DNA of 63,563 nt, counting the filler, from Octopus bimaculoides (Eukaryota), in assembly GCF_001194135.2 (NCBI RefSeq). It is 4 parts of 4 records of this genome, joined end to end, with 100 filler letters (N's around TTAATTAATTAA, not from the genome) between each part and the next. Parts side by side here need not be neighbours in the genome. Positions count along the whole stretch, not along the records: positions 1 to 25,413 come from NC_068983.1; positions 25,514 to 37,939 come from NC_068992.1; 2 more parts are not named here. The stretch is one strand, 5' to 3'. Shown here piece after piece: positions 13,103-25,558 of the stretch; position 1 is the first letter of the stretch, and each line of letters begins with the position of its first letter. The notes beneath the pieces are model-generated. The model saw nothing but the letters and a program-made list of their open reading frames with translations. It searched no databases and was not told the DNA's origin. The translations under genes were made by a program, and so were the position numbers.

Positions 13103-14303
13103 CAGAGTGCTAGAGAAAAATCTTCAGTAATTTACACACCCACTTGTGTGGAATTAGTGAAGTTAAACAGGTAGTAATGACGTCTTTATGCAGCTGATAT
13201 TTTATCGTTCTTTTTTGCTGCCATCATGGGTTGGACTGGTGTACAACGTGTTGTTGAGACATTCATAAAAATGATGAATTTGTGATTGAGACGTAGAAAG
13301 TTTTTCATATTCATTTCGAACTAAATTGAAATGATGCTGTTCCAGACCGAAAATCCATATTTCTATGGACATAAAATTTCAGGAGCGTAGGTCAGCTCTT
13401 GAAAAAAAAAAAAAAAAAGATGCACTTTAGCTGTGAGACAGTCTGTTTTGCAATCTCCGTAAGGTTCAACTCTTAAGTATGCTTCTGCTTTGAAATTGTC
13501 TGATTGGACTATAAAGAGAGTTTCAAGTTGTATCCACAAAAATTGATGGTTATTCAGAAACTTCGTGAACTTGACTGCGAAAACTGCACGGCATGCTGTG
13601 AGGATATCCTTCCCAATGTACCTGCAGGTGCTGTCCGCTTACCTCTGACTAGCTGCGTCAATAACCAGGTTGTTTGCTACTGGGCGGAAAACAACTCTAA
13701 AGAACTTCATGGAGGACTTCTATGCAATGAACGAGTCATTGTGTGGTGCACTGTTGCAAATTTTAGTGCTTGGGGCCCGCGCTGTTTTGAGAAAGGAAGT
13801 CAAGCGATTACAGGAGCATTCAATTGGTATACGGAACTGCTACGGAACTTTCTGGAGGCCAAATATACAGACTTTGAAAATTCAAATGTGTGCTTTCAAC
13901 AGGATAGAGCCATCACTCAAAAAAAACAAGAAGATCGATAGAACTTTTAAGAGAACTGTTTCCAGGACATTTGATCTTATGTGGTGATGTTAGATGTCCT
14001 GCACGCTCGCCTGATCCTCGACCCCTGTGAATATTTTCTTTGGGGTTACTTGAAAACTAAAAACTATAAACATCTTAAAACAAACGCAAAAATAACCGCC
14101 GGAAATAATTGGCAGAAAACTTCAGAAGTCGACTACCACAGTGTATTGTGATCAGATGCCACCGTTTGAAGGATATCATTTTCAAAACTAAATGAAGCAA
14201 ACTGAATTTTTTTCACGTTAACGTTGTTAAAACAATTTTGGGAATAACACACCGTGGCCTTTTTGTCAACCTGTAAAATGTGGGAAGTCTTAGCCGCATT
14301 CTG
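13103..14303 (+). mobile_element. Decayed Tc1/mariner-superfamily transposon of the rosa/DD41D (DUF4817 HTH) type, near full length
   Basis: The ATG at 13226 begins MGWTGVQR.... ORF 13504-13941 reads PQKLMVIQKLRE..YWAENN..ERVIVWC..WGP..CFQQD. Downstream are ARSPD/PCEYFLWGYLK and the C-terminal HLKDIIFKT-like motif. Degenerate TIRs TA|CAGAGTGC and GCATTCTG|TA. The first catalytic Asp region is deleted and there are several frameshifts. Confidence 0.85.
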
Positions 14304-15069
14304 TATTCTAATCGAAAAAAAATCTTGTAAGCTTTTGTACATTTCCAAATAAGGTAGATGTACATCAAATGTACTTCCAGTTTAATTTATCAATTGTGAT
14401 TATGTAATGATATATAGAACTTGAATACAACGACTGTCATTTTACTTCGTCTTTATCTTGATGAATTGTTCTTTCGTCTTCAGATAACGTAACATTTCCC
14501 AAATGTTTAATGACCCTGAGGAAGCTTCGGTGGGCTGCATATACCATTTAGTTGTGTATTGCCACCACGAATTATGATTAGAAATAAATACCACACAAAA
14601 TTAACTTATATGATTAATCTTTAGTTAAACTAGAGAAATAATGTACAACGTTAGATAGAATTAGCATTTAAGTATTAAAAATTGACCATTTCCGGTCTCT
14701 TCGTGCATCTAGATTAGAATAAAATTGTCAGAAGAGGTCAGACGTGGGTGATGAAATCACACCAAAAATCAAATATTTTTTAAAACTGTAGTTCATTACA
14801 CACACGCGCGCGCACACACATACATACAGACATACAAAGAGGAGTGGAAAAAAGAAACAGTAAAAAAGGAATGGGCATTGAGAGACATGTATACCACCTT
14901 GATGTTGGTGTGGAAATCGTCTTCGAAAATGAAAGAAAGAGAAAAATTTAGAGCAAGCACGATCTTAAAGGGCAGGTGTTTGTTGCAGTGGTAATTTTCC
15001 ACCGCAGGTAGGAAAGAATAGAAAACTTAATCTTCAAAACTGACTTTTGTTATTTACTCTTTATACTTA

Positions 15070-15795
15070 AACTTCACTTCAATGGACACTTAAGCTTTGA
15101 TGACAGCTCCTGCTGTCTTCTGAATGATAGACAAACAAAGATTTAAATTTGCATTTCCACCAATTTGAAGTGTATATCTATACTTCGCTATCTTAAAACA
15201 CATGCTTCTCGTCTTTGAAAATGCGTGTGCAATTAGACATTCTTTTCCAATTTAACCTTGTCTTGGTGACATTGAATACTTGATCCTGCTGATAACCCCA
15301 CATCATCAATCATTTCTTAGAAAATTTTAGAAAACACCGTTGCCGCCAGCACGTCAATCAGGCAAATCTCACTCGTTTTTATGTTGTGTAATTTTGAGCA
15401 ATCCTGCAATCTGTGAAACAATCCATAGCTAGCGATAAATGTTTCTTCACTTGCACTCTCTCCCTGTTAAACCTTTAAACCACCAAAGACAACTACAGTC
15501 TTCTGCTTGGTTAAATTGAGGCGTATAATGATAGTGCAGCACTTGTACTAATCATCTATCTACACACATCCGGAAGCTCCCCGCCCATTGCTTCCATTCC
15601 TTAGTCTTGTTTCTTACTAATTCTTCTATAAATTATTTGTACACAACCTTGCACATGTTGCTCAGTGAGCCCTTTGTCCTCTAAATTTGTCTTAACCATA
15701 TAAAGATTATTTTCATGTGCACCCATTAAGTTTAACGCTTTCTCATTTGATTCACCTCGCTTTATAATGTCCATCATGGTTTCTCCAATGGACTA
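15070..15795 (-). mobile_element. Decayed Tigger/pogo transposase fragment (CENP-B HTH plus start of DDE domain)
   Basis: Frameshifted minus-strand pieces read ETMMDIIKRGE, FIASYGLFHRL..KLHNIK, QVFNVTKTRLNWKRMSNCTRIFKDEK and FKIAKYRYTLQIGGNA. These match Tigger LHNIK..GE, QVFN.DETGLFWKRMP.RT.I.KEEK and FK.AKDRLTLL.GGNA. Ends are approximate. Confidence 0.8.
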
Positions 15796-15805
15796 CCACT
15801 TTATA

Positions 15806-16273
15806 ATTTTGGTACCAGGCCACTAATTTTAGAAAAGGAGTAAGTCGATTATATCGATCACAGTTTTCAACTGGCGCTTATTTATCGACTCTGAAAGTAT
15901 GAAAGACAAAGTCGATCTCGACGGTATTTGAACTTAGAACGTAAAGAACCGTAAAAAAATGCCACTAAGCACTTTGTTCAACGCACTAACCATCTGCCAA
16001 CTCGTCACATCTCCAGTGTAGTAGTGCGACGGTTCTTGCTGTTATTATAATCACAAACCAAAGCGGCGAGCTGGCAGAATCGTTAGCATGCCGGACAAAA
16101 TGTTTAGTGGCATTTCTTCTGGTTCTTTAAGTTGTGAGTTCAACAAATTCCACTGAAGTTGACTTTACCTTCTATCCTTTCGGGGTGGATAAAATAAATA
16201 CCAGGTGAACACTGGGGTCAGCATAATCGACTTACTCGCTCCCTTAAAATTGCTGGCCTTGTGTTAAAATTTT
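15806..16273. mobile_element. Two family B SINEs head-to-head (- 15806-16000; + 16063-16273), tail type 2
   Basis: Opposite-orientation copies about 60 bp apart, with tails GCTGGCC(T)..CCAAAAT. Confidence 0.8.
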
Positions 16274-16977
16274 AAGCTATTATAACCGCTGATTACATCC
16301 TTACGCTTCAAAGCCATGTTGTGGGGACAGGGTATTTTGTAAAACCTCCAAAATAACCACAAATAAGACCAATAAGTTTCAGAGAAAATGACAATTGCAT
16401 TATGTTTTCTGGGTAAGCATGAGTAGCTAATGTTATCTACTGTACAGTTTTGATCTTTCGAACCGGCTTGACATCCCAAAGTTGATTTTACGCACATGTT
16501 TGCTCGTATCTCTAAAAGTTGGTAACTTGAATGTTGGTAACTAAGGAAGCGCCTGTAATAAAATTACATTTTCGTTTTTGATGTTCTGCTAACATAAAAG
16601 TTGAAATTGATGGGATAGAATGAAAAGGTCATAAGGATGATTTTTTTGAGAAATGACTTGTAATTTAATTCTACATTATTTTTCTGTTTATGTGAGTATT
16701 TTTATGCGTATGATGTGATTGTGTGAGTTTAGGTTATTAGTGTATTTATATGTTTACACACGTGCGTACACACTCACTCACACACAAACATGCACACATA
16801 CATACACACAAATATATTCTCCCACAAACCAGTTTCTACATAAAATCTATCAATAGTGTAAGTTTAAGAAATCATGATTGGAGAGAGTAATAAATAAAAC
16901 TTGACTACACACTTACGCGTGCGCACATGAATATATGTATACATGCATATGTGAATATATATGCATATATATCTATA

Positions 16978-17375
16978 GGCGTGGCTGTGTGGTAAAAAGC
17001 TTGCGTCCCAACCATAAGGTTCCAGGTTCAGTCCCACCGAATAGCACCTTGGGCAAGTGTCTACTACTATAGCCTCGAGACGACCTGAGCCTTGTGAGTG
17101 GATTTGGTAAACGGAAATTGAAAGAAGCCCGTCGTATATATATATATTTCTGTGAATGTGTGTCTGTGTTTGTCCCCCCCCCCGCCATCGCTTGACAACC
17201 GATGTTGGTGTGTTTACATCCCCATAACTTAGCAGTTCGGCAAAGAGATTGATAGAATAAGTACTAGGCTTATAAAGAATAAGCCCTGGGGTCGATTTCT
17301 TCAACTAAAACCCTTTAAGGCAGTGCTCCAGCATGGCTGCAGTCAAATGACTGAAACAAGTAAAAGAGTAAAAGA
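16978..17375 (+). mobile_element. SINE family A, full copy
   Basis: Same head, core and tail as 24464-24900. Confidence 0.87.
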
Positions 17376-17453
17376 ATATATATATATAGAGTTATTAATA
17401 TTTCTAAGTCTCTCCTGCCATGTTGGCTTGGCGATAAATATTAATATATATAT

Positions 17454-17496
<43 letters not shown>

Positions 17497-17890
17497 AAGG
17501 GGACTAAATCCGTTATGTATACTCTGGCAGCATATGTATGTGTGTTTAAGTGTGGATGCATGTACACGTGCGTATGAATGTGAGCATGCGTTCGTTCGAG
17601 TGTGCAGGGCCGGCAAGTAGATTTTAAACTCAGCGGTAAATTTTCTTATAATGCTATTTTTGTTAGATAATAATAATAATAACAATCATAATAATAAATC
17701 TTTCTACAGCAAGCACAAGGTCTCAAATTTTGGTGGGAGGGGCTAAGTCGATCGCATTGACTCCAGTACTTGACTAGTACTGAATTTATCGACCTCGGCT
17801 GAATTTGAACTCAGAACGTAGCGGCAGACGAAATACCGCTAAGCATTTCGCCCAGCTTACTAACAACTCTGCCAGTTAATCGCCTTAAAT

Positions 17891-19075
17891 AATGTTTTCT
17901 TTACTGGCCACATGGGCTTACAATAGAACACACAGAGACTCAAATACAAAGGCACAAACGGAGGAGTTTACCGTGTAAACATATGAAGCAATAGCAAAAA
18001 TGAACAATAAAAATTAAACAATTACAATTTCCCAATAGGGTGTGGTGGAGACTTCCAAGGGAAAACCGTGAAGATCCCACAGAAAATCACGGTTTCTCTG
18101 ACCACTTAGGCAAGTGCTTCTTCTCTTACTCCACTCAGAGGCCCATGCTCCTCACTCTCATCCACCTTTCAATAAATTGGCTGAAAGGGAGCACCTCTCT
18201 CTCCACTCTGATCCACCTCTTCAAGTGGGACCTGAAAAAGTTGATCAGAGATTTGCCAGAGAGGAAAGTGCTCGTCTTCAGCCCTTTCAGTCTTGTCCAC
18301 CAAACAACTTCTTTCGCCATGGTCACCAGGTAGATGAAAACTGCCCGGCTTTCCCGACCAAAGGAAGTGGGCAGAGCATTCTTAACAATAAACCCGGTTG
18401 ATAGCTGGATTCGTGCGACACGCGACAAGTACTCGACATAAACCCACACGTCAGAAATTGTCGGGAACTGGACGAGTGCATGCAGAACGGTTTCATGGTT
18501 CTGCGCACATCTCGAGCAGCTCGGCTGACGGCACTTTCGTGCCTGTGGAGTTTATTCTGAACCAGCAACACTTCCTGGTAGCTTTGTCAGGCAAGGGGTT
18601 TCTAGAAGTTATCCATACGCCCCAGCCTGAAAGTCCACTGGAAAAGATCAGCCAGTTGTTCCTCATTGAAGTCCAGAGCCTCCCCTAGAACGTCGTTGGA
18701 CCTCTCCTCCACTAACCTGCTATAGAACACCAAGGTAGAATTTCCACCGACCGCATTGCCTGACTGGTAGAGGACTAAGAGGGCCTGTCGGCACTCAGGG
18801 TATCATTCGCCCTCCCTCTTTAGTTCCCTCATGTTTTAGCGCACGGGCTTTAGCTCTGACAACGCAACCTTCGAGTTTCGCCTCAAAGAAATGGTCAAGA
18901 GCCATTCTCGCCGTTAACACGTCAGTCGCGATGCCTTTACTAATCGCCTCTTGTTTGCTAACTAGTTCTCCCTCTAATCTGTTTCTTTCTATTGGTAACT
19001 CTTTGCTAAACTCTATTGATTCTGCTCTAATCGCCCTCTTCAGAGCTATCCACCACAGATTGTTAACGATTGCCC
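17891..19075 (-). mobile_element. Tx1/L1-clade non-LTR retrotransposon remnant (post-endonuclease helical region fused to C-terminal zinc-knuckle region and 3' UTR; RT deleted)
   Basis: ORF 18795-19118 WWIALKRAIR...KLEGCVVRAKAR..HEG resembles L1/Tx1 W..K..IR...GA.IRSR..W.EGEK. The downstream frame reads CAQNHETVLHAL.Q..ISDVWVYVE...AKEVVWWTR (C..ET..H motif) and ends in a stop before a U-rich 3' UTR. Confidence 0.75.
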
Positions 19076-19762
19076 CTGTCGTCGACGTCGTTGTTGTTGT
19101 TTTCCGCACAGTTGTCACTGTTGTTGTTGTTGTTTTCAGTTTTGCTGTTCATGTAACTTTTTTGCTTTCGACCTTGTTCATCTTGTTGCTGATGTTGTTG
19201 ATACAATTGCTGTTATTGTTGTTGTTTCTGCTGTTTGCGGTGGTGGCGGTGTGGGGATAGTAATGATGGCGGTGGTGCTTCTGCTGTTCACATTGTTGCT
19301 GCTACTGTAGTCGTCGTCGTCGTCGTCATTATCGTTGCTGCTGGTACTTTTGCACTTGTTACTGACGTCATAGCAACAAGAGGAAATTACATTTCTCTTA
19401 GGTGAGAAATTTATTTCATCTTCGGCAGCGTTTGTTTTCGGAGTTTCAACAGGACGCTGCTGTTGCTCGGAGTCAACAGATCACTGCTTTTTGTCGATTA
19501 TTATTTCTTCGCATTCCGACATTTTTTAAAATTAGAAAAATGAATAAAATCCTGTCTTCACAAAAAATCAAAAAATGCAAGACAATGCACCCCAAAAAGG
19601 GGGCGCAATTACGTAAAATGTTATCACAACAATCCAGACAATGCAAGCAAAATACTTCTTAAATAAAATTTTGAATGAATGCACTGCAACCAGCCGAAAA
19701 ACATTATTAACCTCTTATAATTTACCGGAGCTTCAACATGTATGACTTCACAAGCTGACGGC

Positions 19763-19781
19763 AATAATAATAATAATAATG

Positions 19782-19846
<65 letters not shown>
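19763..19846. repeat. (AAT)n microsatellite (second tract 20308-20380)
   Basis: Direct reading. Confidence 0.95.
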
Positions 19847-19847
<1 letters not shown>

Positions 19848-20307
19848 TATATTGTTTTGCCTTAGTATAAAAGATGGGCTACAGCAAATACCACAGATTT
19901 GCTTGTCAGTTGTTTGACCTTAACCAGTTGAGCATGTCCCTTAGTGGATGATCATATGTGCATCTCTGATCACGAACAGAAGTAGTGGGGGAGCATCGTA
20001 GCCATATGTTGGGAAGAATTTGAGGTTTGAATAATTCACCTCTGGAAACATGGGTATTTCGTTCATCATTCTTAAACAAACCTTATTCAGGGACCTTTTA
20101 GGTGGTATGGGTTATTCGACCTGAAAAAAATTCTAACTGGGCCCCACCGGCAAGGTCATGTGTTGGTTATCTTGATATGAGATCACCATGTTGCGCACAT
20201 ATGGTTTTGATGCATTTGCTTGGTGTACTCTTATCAGACGGGTAGTCATGGTGGGTATATTGGGCTTCGTATATTTGTAAACCAGTGTCACTTTGATGGC
20301 ATGCACT
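19848..20307. mobile_element. Unclassified ~460-bp non-coding interspersed element embedded in a (TAA)n microsatellite
   Basis: Complex sequence bounded on both sides by long (AAT)n tracts (about 19763-19846 and 20308-20380), with no credible ORF. Confidence 0.5.
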
Positions 20308-20317
20308 GCTCTTTTAC

Positions 20318-20380
<63 letters not shown>

Positions 20381-20382
<2 letters not shown>

Positions 20383-20743
20383 GCATTTTTTTTCTTCATG
20401 ATCTTTGACAACTATATCAGAAAAAAAAGCTTTCTAATTGATGTATCAATACCAACAGATGACAACGTTTCCCTAAAAGAAATGGAAAAACTTTCAAAAT
20501 ACAAAGACCTGGAAATAGAGGTAACTCGAATGTGGAATCTAAAAACAGAAACAATTCCTATCATAGTAGGTGCCTTAGGTATAATAAAAAAATATTCAGA
20601 CAAATGCATAACAAAAACACCAGGACTTACAAATATATATAACATACAGAAAATTGCACTACTGGACACTGCACACATCCTACGCAAAACACTTTCAATA
20701 CAGTAACCATAAGAGCATCACAGCAAACCACAGCACATACCCA
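20381..20743 (+). mobile_element. 5'-truncated R4/Dong-clade LINE (restriction-like endonuclease C-terminus) next to a (TAA)n tract
   Basis: LIDVSIPTDDNVSLKEMEKLSKYKDLEIEVTRMWNLKTETIPIIVGALG..IQKIALL.TAHILRK* (stop at 20704-20706) is the RLE signature of the R4 clade. The 5' end abuts (AAT)n and the 3' UTR runs into a gap. Confidence 0.88.
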
Positions 20744-21512
20744 NNNNNNNNNNNNNNNNNNNNNNNNNNNNNNNNNNNNNNNNNNNNNNNNNNNNNNNNN
20801 NNNNNNNNNNNNNNNNNNNNNNNNNNNNNNNNNNNNNNNNNNNNNNNNNNNNNNNNNNNNNNNNNNNNNNNNNNNNNNNNNNNNNNNNNNNNNNNNNNNN
20901 NNNNNNNNNNNNNNNNNNNNNNNNNNNNNNNNNNNNNNNNNNNNNNNNNNNNNNNNNNNNNNNNNNNNNNNNNNNNNNNNNNNNNNNNNNNNNNNNNNNN
21001 NNNNNNNNNNNNNNNNNNNNNNNNNNNNNNNNNNNNNNNNNNNNNNNNNNNNNNNNNNNNNNNNNNNNNNNNNNNNNNNNNNNNNNNNNNNNNNNNNNNN
21101 NNNNNNNNNNNNNNNNNNNNNNNNNNNNNNNNNNNNNNNNNNNNNNNNNNNNNNNNNNNNNNNNNNNNNNNNNNNNNNNNNNNNNNNNNNNNNNNNNNNN
21201 NNNNNNNNNNNNNNNNNNNNNNNNNNNNNNNNNNNNNNNNNNNNNNNNNNNNNNNNNNNNNNNNNNNNNNNNNNNNNNNNNNNNNNNNNNNNNNNNNNNN
21301 NNNNNNNNNNNNNNNNNNNNNNNNNNNNNNNNNNNNNNNNNNNNNNNNNNNNNNNNNNNNNNNNNNNNNNNNNNNNNNNNNNNNNNNNNNNNNNNNNNNN
21401 NNNNNNNNNNNNNNNNNNNNNNNNNNNNNNNNNNNNNNNNNNNNNNNNNNNNNNNNNNNNNNNNNNNNNNNNNNNNNNNNNNNNNNNNNNNNNACACACA
21501 CACACAAACGCA

Positions 21513-21565
<53 letters not shown>

Positions 21566-22429
21566 GACAGCATGGTCACAACTAGAATGAATTTGAGGAC
21601 TAGTTTGAAGATTAAACAACTAACTATGCTTCATGTTAAGGAGTTCATGTTTCGACCCAACTTCTAATGGTTATTTGGAGCTATTCGTTAATTGATTGGT
21701 CTTCGGATTACAACTGAAGGTTCCGTCTACATGTAATATTTACAAGCCTATCCCTTATCATGCTTATTGTCTACAGCTGGAAGATGAAGTGCATTAACCT
21801 AATAAGAAACCAAACCTGCGCCCCGGTTTCACATTACTAAGAGTTTTCAACTGCTTTCTATGAATGCAATGAAGAGCGAAAGAGGGAGAGAGAGAGAGAG
21901 AGAAAAGAAAGAGGGAAGAAGAGAGAAATAGACAGAGCAGTCGGCTGATTCGTTTAGACATAGCAGCCTATTTCTCCCTTAAATCTCACTTTACACTTTA
22001 GAAAACAGTAACACGTTGAATTACGTGCACTGTGTCTAGCAAAAGAAAAAGAAGGGAAGGCCACGGCTGGAATGTCTCTGATAACAGGTCTAAGCTAGGG
22101 GCTTAATAAAAACAAAAACAACAGCAACAACAACAAAAAGAAGAAGAAAACGATAACAGCGGCAAAACTATAATTATTGAAGGGAAAAAGGAAGATTCCT
22201 CATATGAATCATTGTGATACAGAAAATATTAGTTTTTCTTTTTCTTCCTCCTCCCTAGCTTCAGGTGCTGAAATCAAATCCGCCGAGGTGAATTTTACCT
22301 CTGCTGCTACAGAGTTGATAGAATAGCAGCGTACTATACAAAAACATTTATGGCAAATAAGTACCTGTGATATAATGGCTTTTTAACTATTCTTTCTCAG
22401 AAAACTAGTTTTATGCACTCTTTTCTTCT

Positions 22430-22833
22430 TTTATACTTGTTTCAGTCTTTTGACTGCAGCCATGTTGGAGCACCGCGTTGAAGGATTTTAGTCGAATAAA
22501 TCGACCTCAGGACTTATTTCTTAAGCCGAGTACTTACTGTATTGGTCTCTTTTTCCAAACCACAAAATTACGGGGACGTCAACACACCAACACCGGCTGT
22601 CAAGCAGTGATTGAGGGACAAATACAAACACAAAGACAAACACACGCACATACACACACACTTACATACACACGACGGTCTTCTTTCAGTTTCCGTTTAC
22701 CAAATCCACTCACAAGGTTTGGTCGCCCGAGGCTGCAGCAGAAAATACTTACTAAAGGTGCCACGTAGTGGGATTGAACCCGGAACCATGTGGTTGGAAA
22801 GCAAGCTTCTTTGCCACACAGCCACACCTGCGC
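22430..22833 (-). mobile_element. SINE family A, full copy
   Basis: Reverse complement of the family A consensus. Confidence 0.85.
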
Positions 22834-24463
22834 TTAATTGAATCATACTAATTAAATCATTAATATATAATTGTTTATAACGTCAAGTGTGTAACGGATA
22901 TTATTCCAGCACCATTTATTTGCTTCATTGTGGTGATATATATCATATCGCTTTTAACACTTATAGTATTTATCATAGTTACCCAAGAATCCACTTAAAG
23001 TTACTCTTAATCGCATCAAATAATTTGGCTGTTACATATTATGTATCTCTAACTCAGCTGTTTGTGATATCTCATGTAATTTCGAAAAAGCAGTGAAAGT
23101 GGAAGATAGGGGTTGGAAGTATTAAAAATCTACAAACAAAAACAGGCAGAAAGAAAAAGAGGAAGAAAAGCGGGAATGAGGGGATCTGCGGATGTAAAAT
23201 AAATAAATGGAAAACAATAGAAATAAAAGAAATAAAACTTTCGAAGAACAAATAGGCCAAATGAATTACAAATATGTAAGCAAATAGGGAACAGGCTTAA
23301 AAAAGGGGATTGAAATCAGGTTGGTGTCATGTCAAGGCTGTCATTAAATGTAAAGACCCAATGAAGAGTCAACATCCTTTAAAGCTTGCACAAATGAAGG
23401 ACACAGCTTCTGAAACTTTTGGCTGTAATCTGACAATTTATACTTCTTTCCTATTTCTCTTTTTTTCTCGCTTTTTTTTTTTCTTTTAAGCAAAGGATTG
23501 GCACACAATGTTTCGAAGGTAGTTGTTATATGAATAAATAAAAGTGAAAAATCCCGAAGCATGGTATTGGACACAGCAACATCTTTTCTGTAGTGTTTAT
23601 TTTTAAAAAAAAGATATGTGGTAGATGAATAGCTAAAGTGTCAGGTTTTGGGATGGCTGAGTGGTTAAGACGTGTTACCAAGTGGCTGAGGTGTTAGACA
23701 GGCAAATGATTAAGGTTAGGCGGTACACAATATGTACCGCACAGGAGCATTAAGTGGTTAAGGTGTTTGACTATTGAAGGATTAGAATGAGAGCTAGCTG
23801 ACTGATCGTGATGCTTGACTTGTGAATTGCTGAATGGTTAAATAAAGTAGTAGACAACTGAATAGTTGAATAGTTATTGTTTGGCCATTGATTCAATGGG
23901 ATGATTGGTGGTTTGATGGATAAACTCTTCAACTTGCTGGAATACTATACAAATAAATGACAACCTCTCTGATCCAATTTACTACCGTCCTATTATACTC
24001 GCTTCCAATATATCTAAAGTAATCGGTTTCAAATTTTGGCACAAGGCCAGCAATTTCGGGGGTCCTCAGTAAGTCGATGAAATCGACCCCATTGTTTAAC
24101 TGGTACTTATTTTATCGACCCCGAAAAGATGAAAAGCAAAGTTGACTTCGGCGGAATTTGAGCTCAGAACGTAAAGATGAACGAAATGACGCAAAGCATT
24201 TTGCCCGGCGCAGTAACGATTCTGCTAGCTCGCCGTCTTAAGGCAACCATAATTTCAACATTCTGAAACACTTTTAATCTCTCTCTCTCTCTCCTTCATG
24301 AACACCGGCACGGATTACGAAAAACCAGATCTAGAGATCTGCTTTTCTATGTCAGTCACTAGTAGGCCCTTGCCATAGGGAGTTCTAGTGAAAGCGAGCA
24401 GTAAATAGGTTATAATCAAAGAACTTGATTGCTGAGGTTTTAGAGTACAGGCTTGCTAGTATA

Positions 24464-24900
24464 GGCGCAGGAGTGGCTATGTGGTAAGTAGCTTGCTTAC
24501 CAACCACATGGTTCCGGGTTCATTCCCACTGCGTGACACCTTGGGCAAGTGTCTTCTACTATAGCCTCGGGCCGAACAAGGCCTTGTAAGTGGATTTGGT
24601 AGACGGAAACTGAAAGAAGCCCGTCGTATATATGTATATATGTATTCATATATGTATGTGTGTGTAAATGTTTGTGTGTGTAAATGTTTGTGTGTCTCTG
24701 TTTGTCCCCCCCCCAACATCGCTTGACAACTGATGGTGGTGTGTTTACGTCCCCGTAACTTAGCGGTTCGGCAAAAGAGTCCGATAGAATTAGTACTAGG
24801 CTTCCAAAGAATTAGTCCTGGGGTCGATTTGCTCGACTAAAGGCGGTGTTCCAGCATGGACGCAGTCAAATGACTGAAACAAGTAAAAGAGTAATAGAGT
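24464..24900 (+). mobile_element. SINE family A (tRNA head, CCTTGGGCAAG core, internal TA/TG microsatellite, 3' tail), full copy
   Basis: GGCGCAGGAGTGGCT..TGG A-box-like head, GGTTCCGGGTTCA..CCC B-box region, CORE-like CCTTGGGCAAGTGTC and a tail ending TGACTGAAACAAGTAAAAGAG. There are more than 10 related copies in the window. It resembles octopus OR-type CORE-SINEs (recalled, not searched). Confidence 0.88.
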
Positions 24901-25170
24901 ATATCACGCTTCATTGTTGTATGTACTCTTGTAAATTTAAGAGAAGAGAACCGCCAGTGCACTGCATCAGTGAAGTATTGATGCCTTGAAAGATTAAAGA
25001 CCAGAACTACCAATTTTATATTATTCTGATACTAAATAAAGAATACTAAATAAAGAAGTAAAGAGTACATATTCTAAAATACTTATTTAAACGTGTATAA
25101 TATGATAGCATCCTATATCATAGTCTTCGAAGGTATCCATTACAACGTGTCTATTGAAACCTCGTATAAG

Positions 25171-25204
<34 letters not shown>

Positions 25205-25289
25205 CTGTGTGTGTGTGAATGTGTGTGCTTGTGTTTATACAAAGATATATACATACACACACACACATATATATACATGTACACACATG

Positions 25290-25337
<48 letters not shown>

Positions 25338-25413
25338 TGTATATGTACACACACATATCTATGTATGTGGATGTGTGTGTCTACGCATATCTATCTATCT
25401 ATCTATCTATCTA

Positions 25414-25513
25414 NNNNNNNNNNNNNNNNNNNNNNNNNNNNNNNNNNNNNNNNNNNNTTAATTAATTAANNNNNNNNNNNNNNNNNNNNNNNNNNNNNNN
25501 NNNNNNNNNNNNN
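25414..25513. other. Artificial scaffold spacer: 44 N + TTAATTAATTAA + 44 N
   Basis: The palindromic 12-mer at 25458-25469 has TAA stops in all six frames and is isolated inside Ns. The same construct occurs three times. Confidence 0.92.

Positions 25514-25558
<45 letters not shown>

Noticed and set aside
18931-19260. Hydrophobic, membrane-protein-like ORF on the + strand
   Set aside because: It is the antisense reading of the LINE remnant plus degenerate GTT/TGT triplet repeats.
25458-25469. TTAATTAATTAA as a biological palindrome or regulatory site
   Set aside because: It is isolated within fixed-length N runs three times, so it is an assembly linker.
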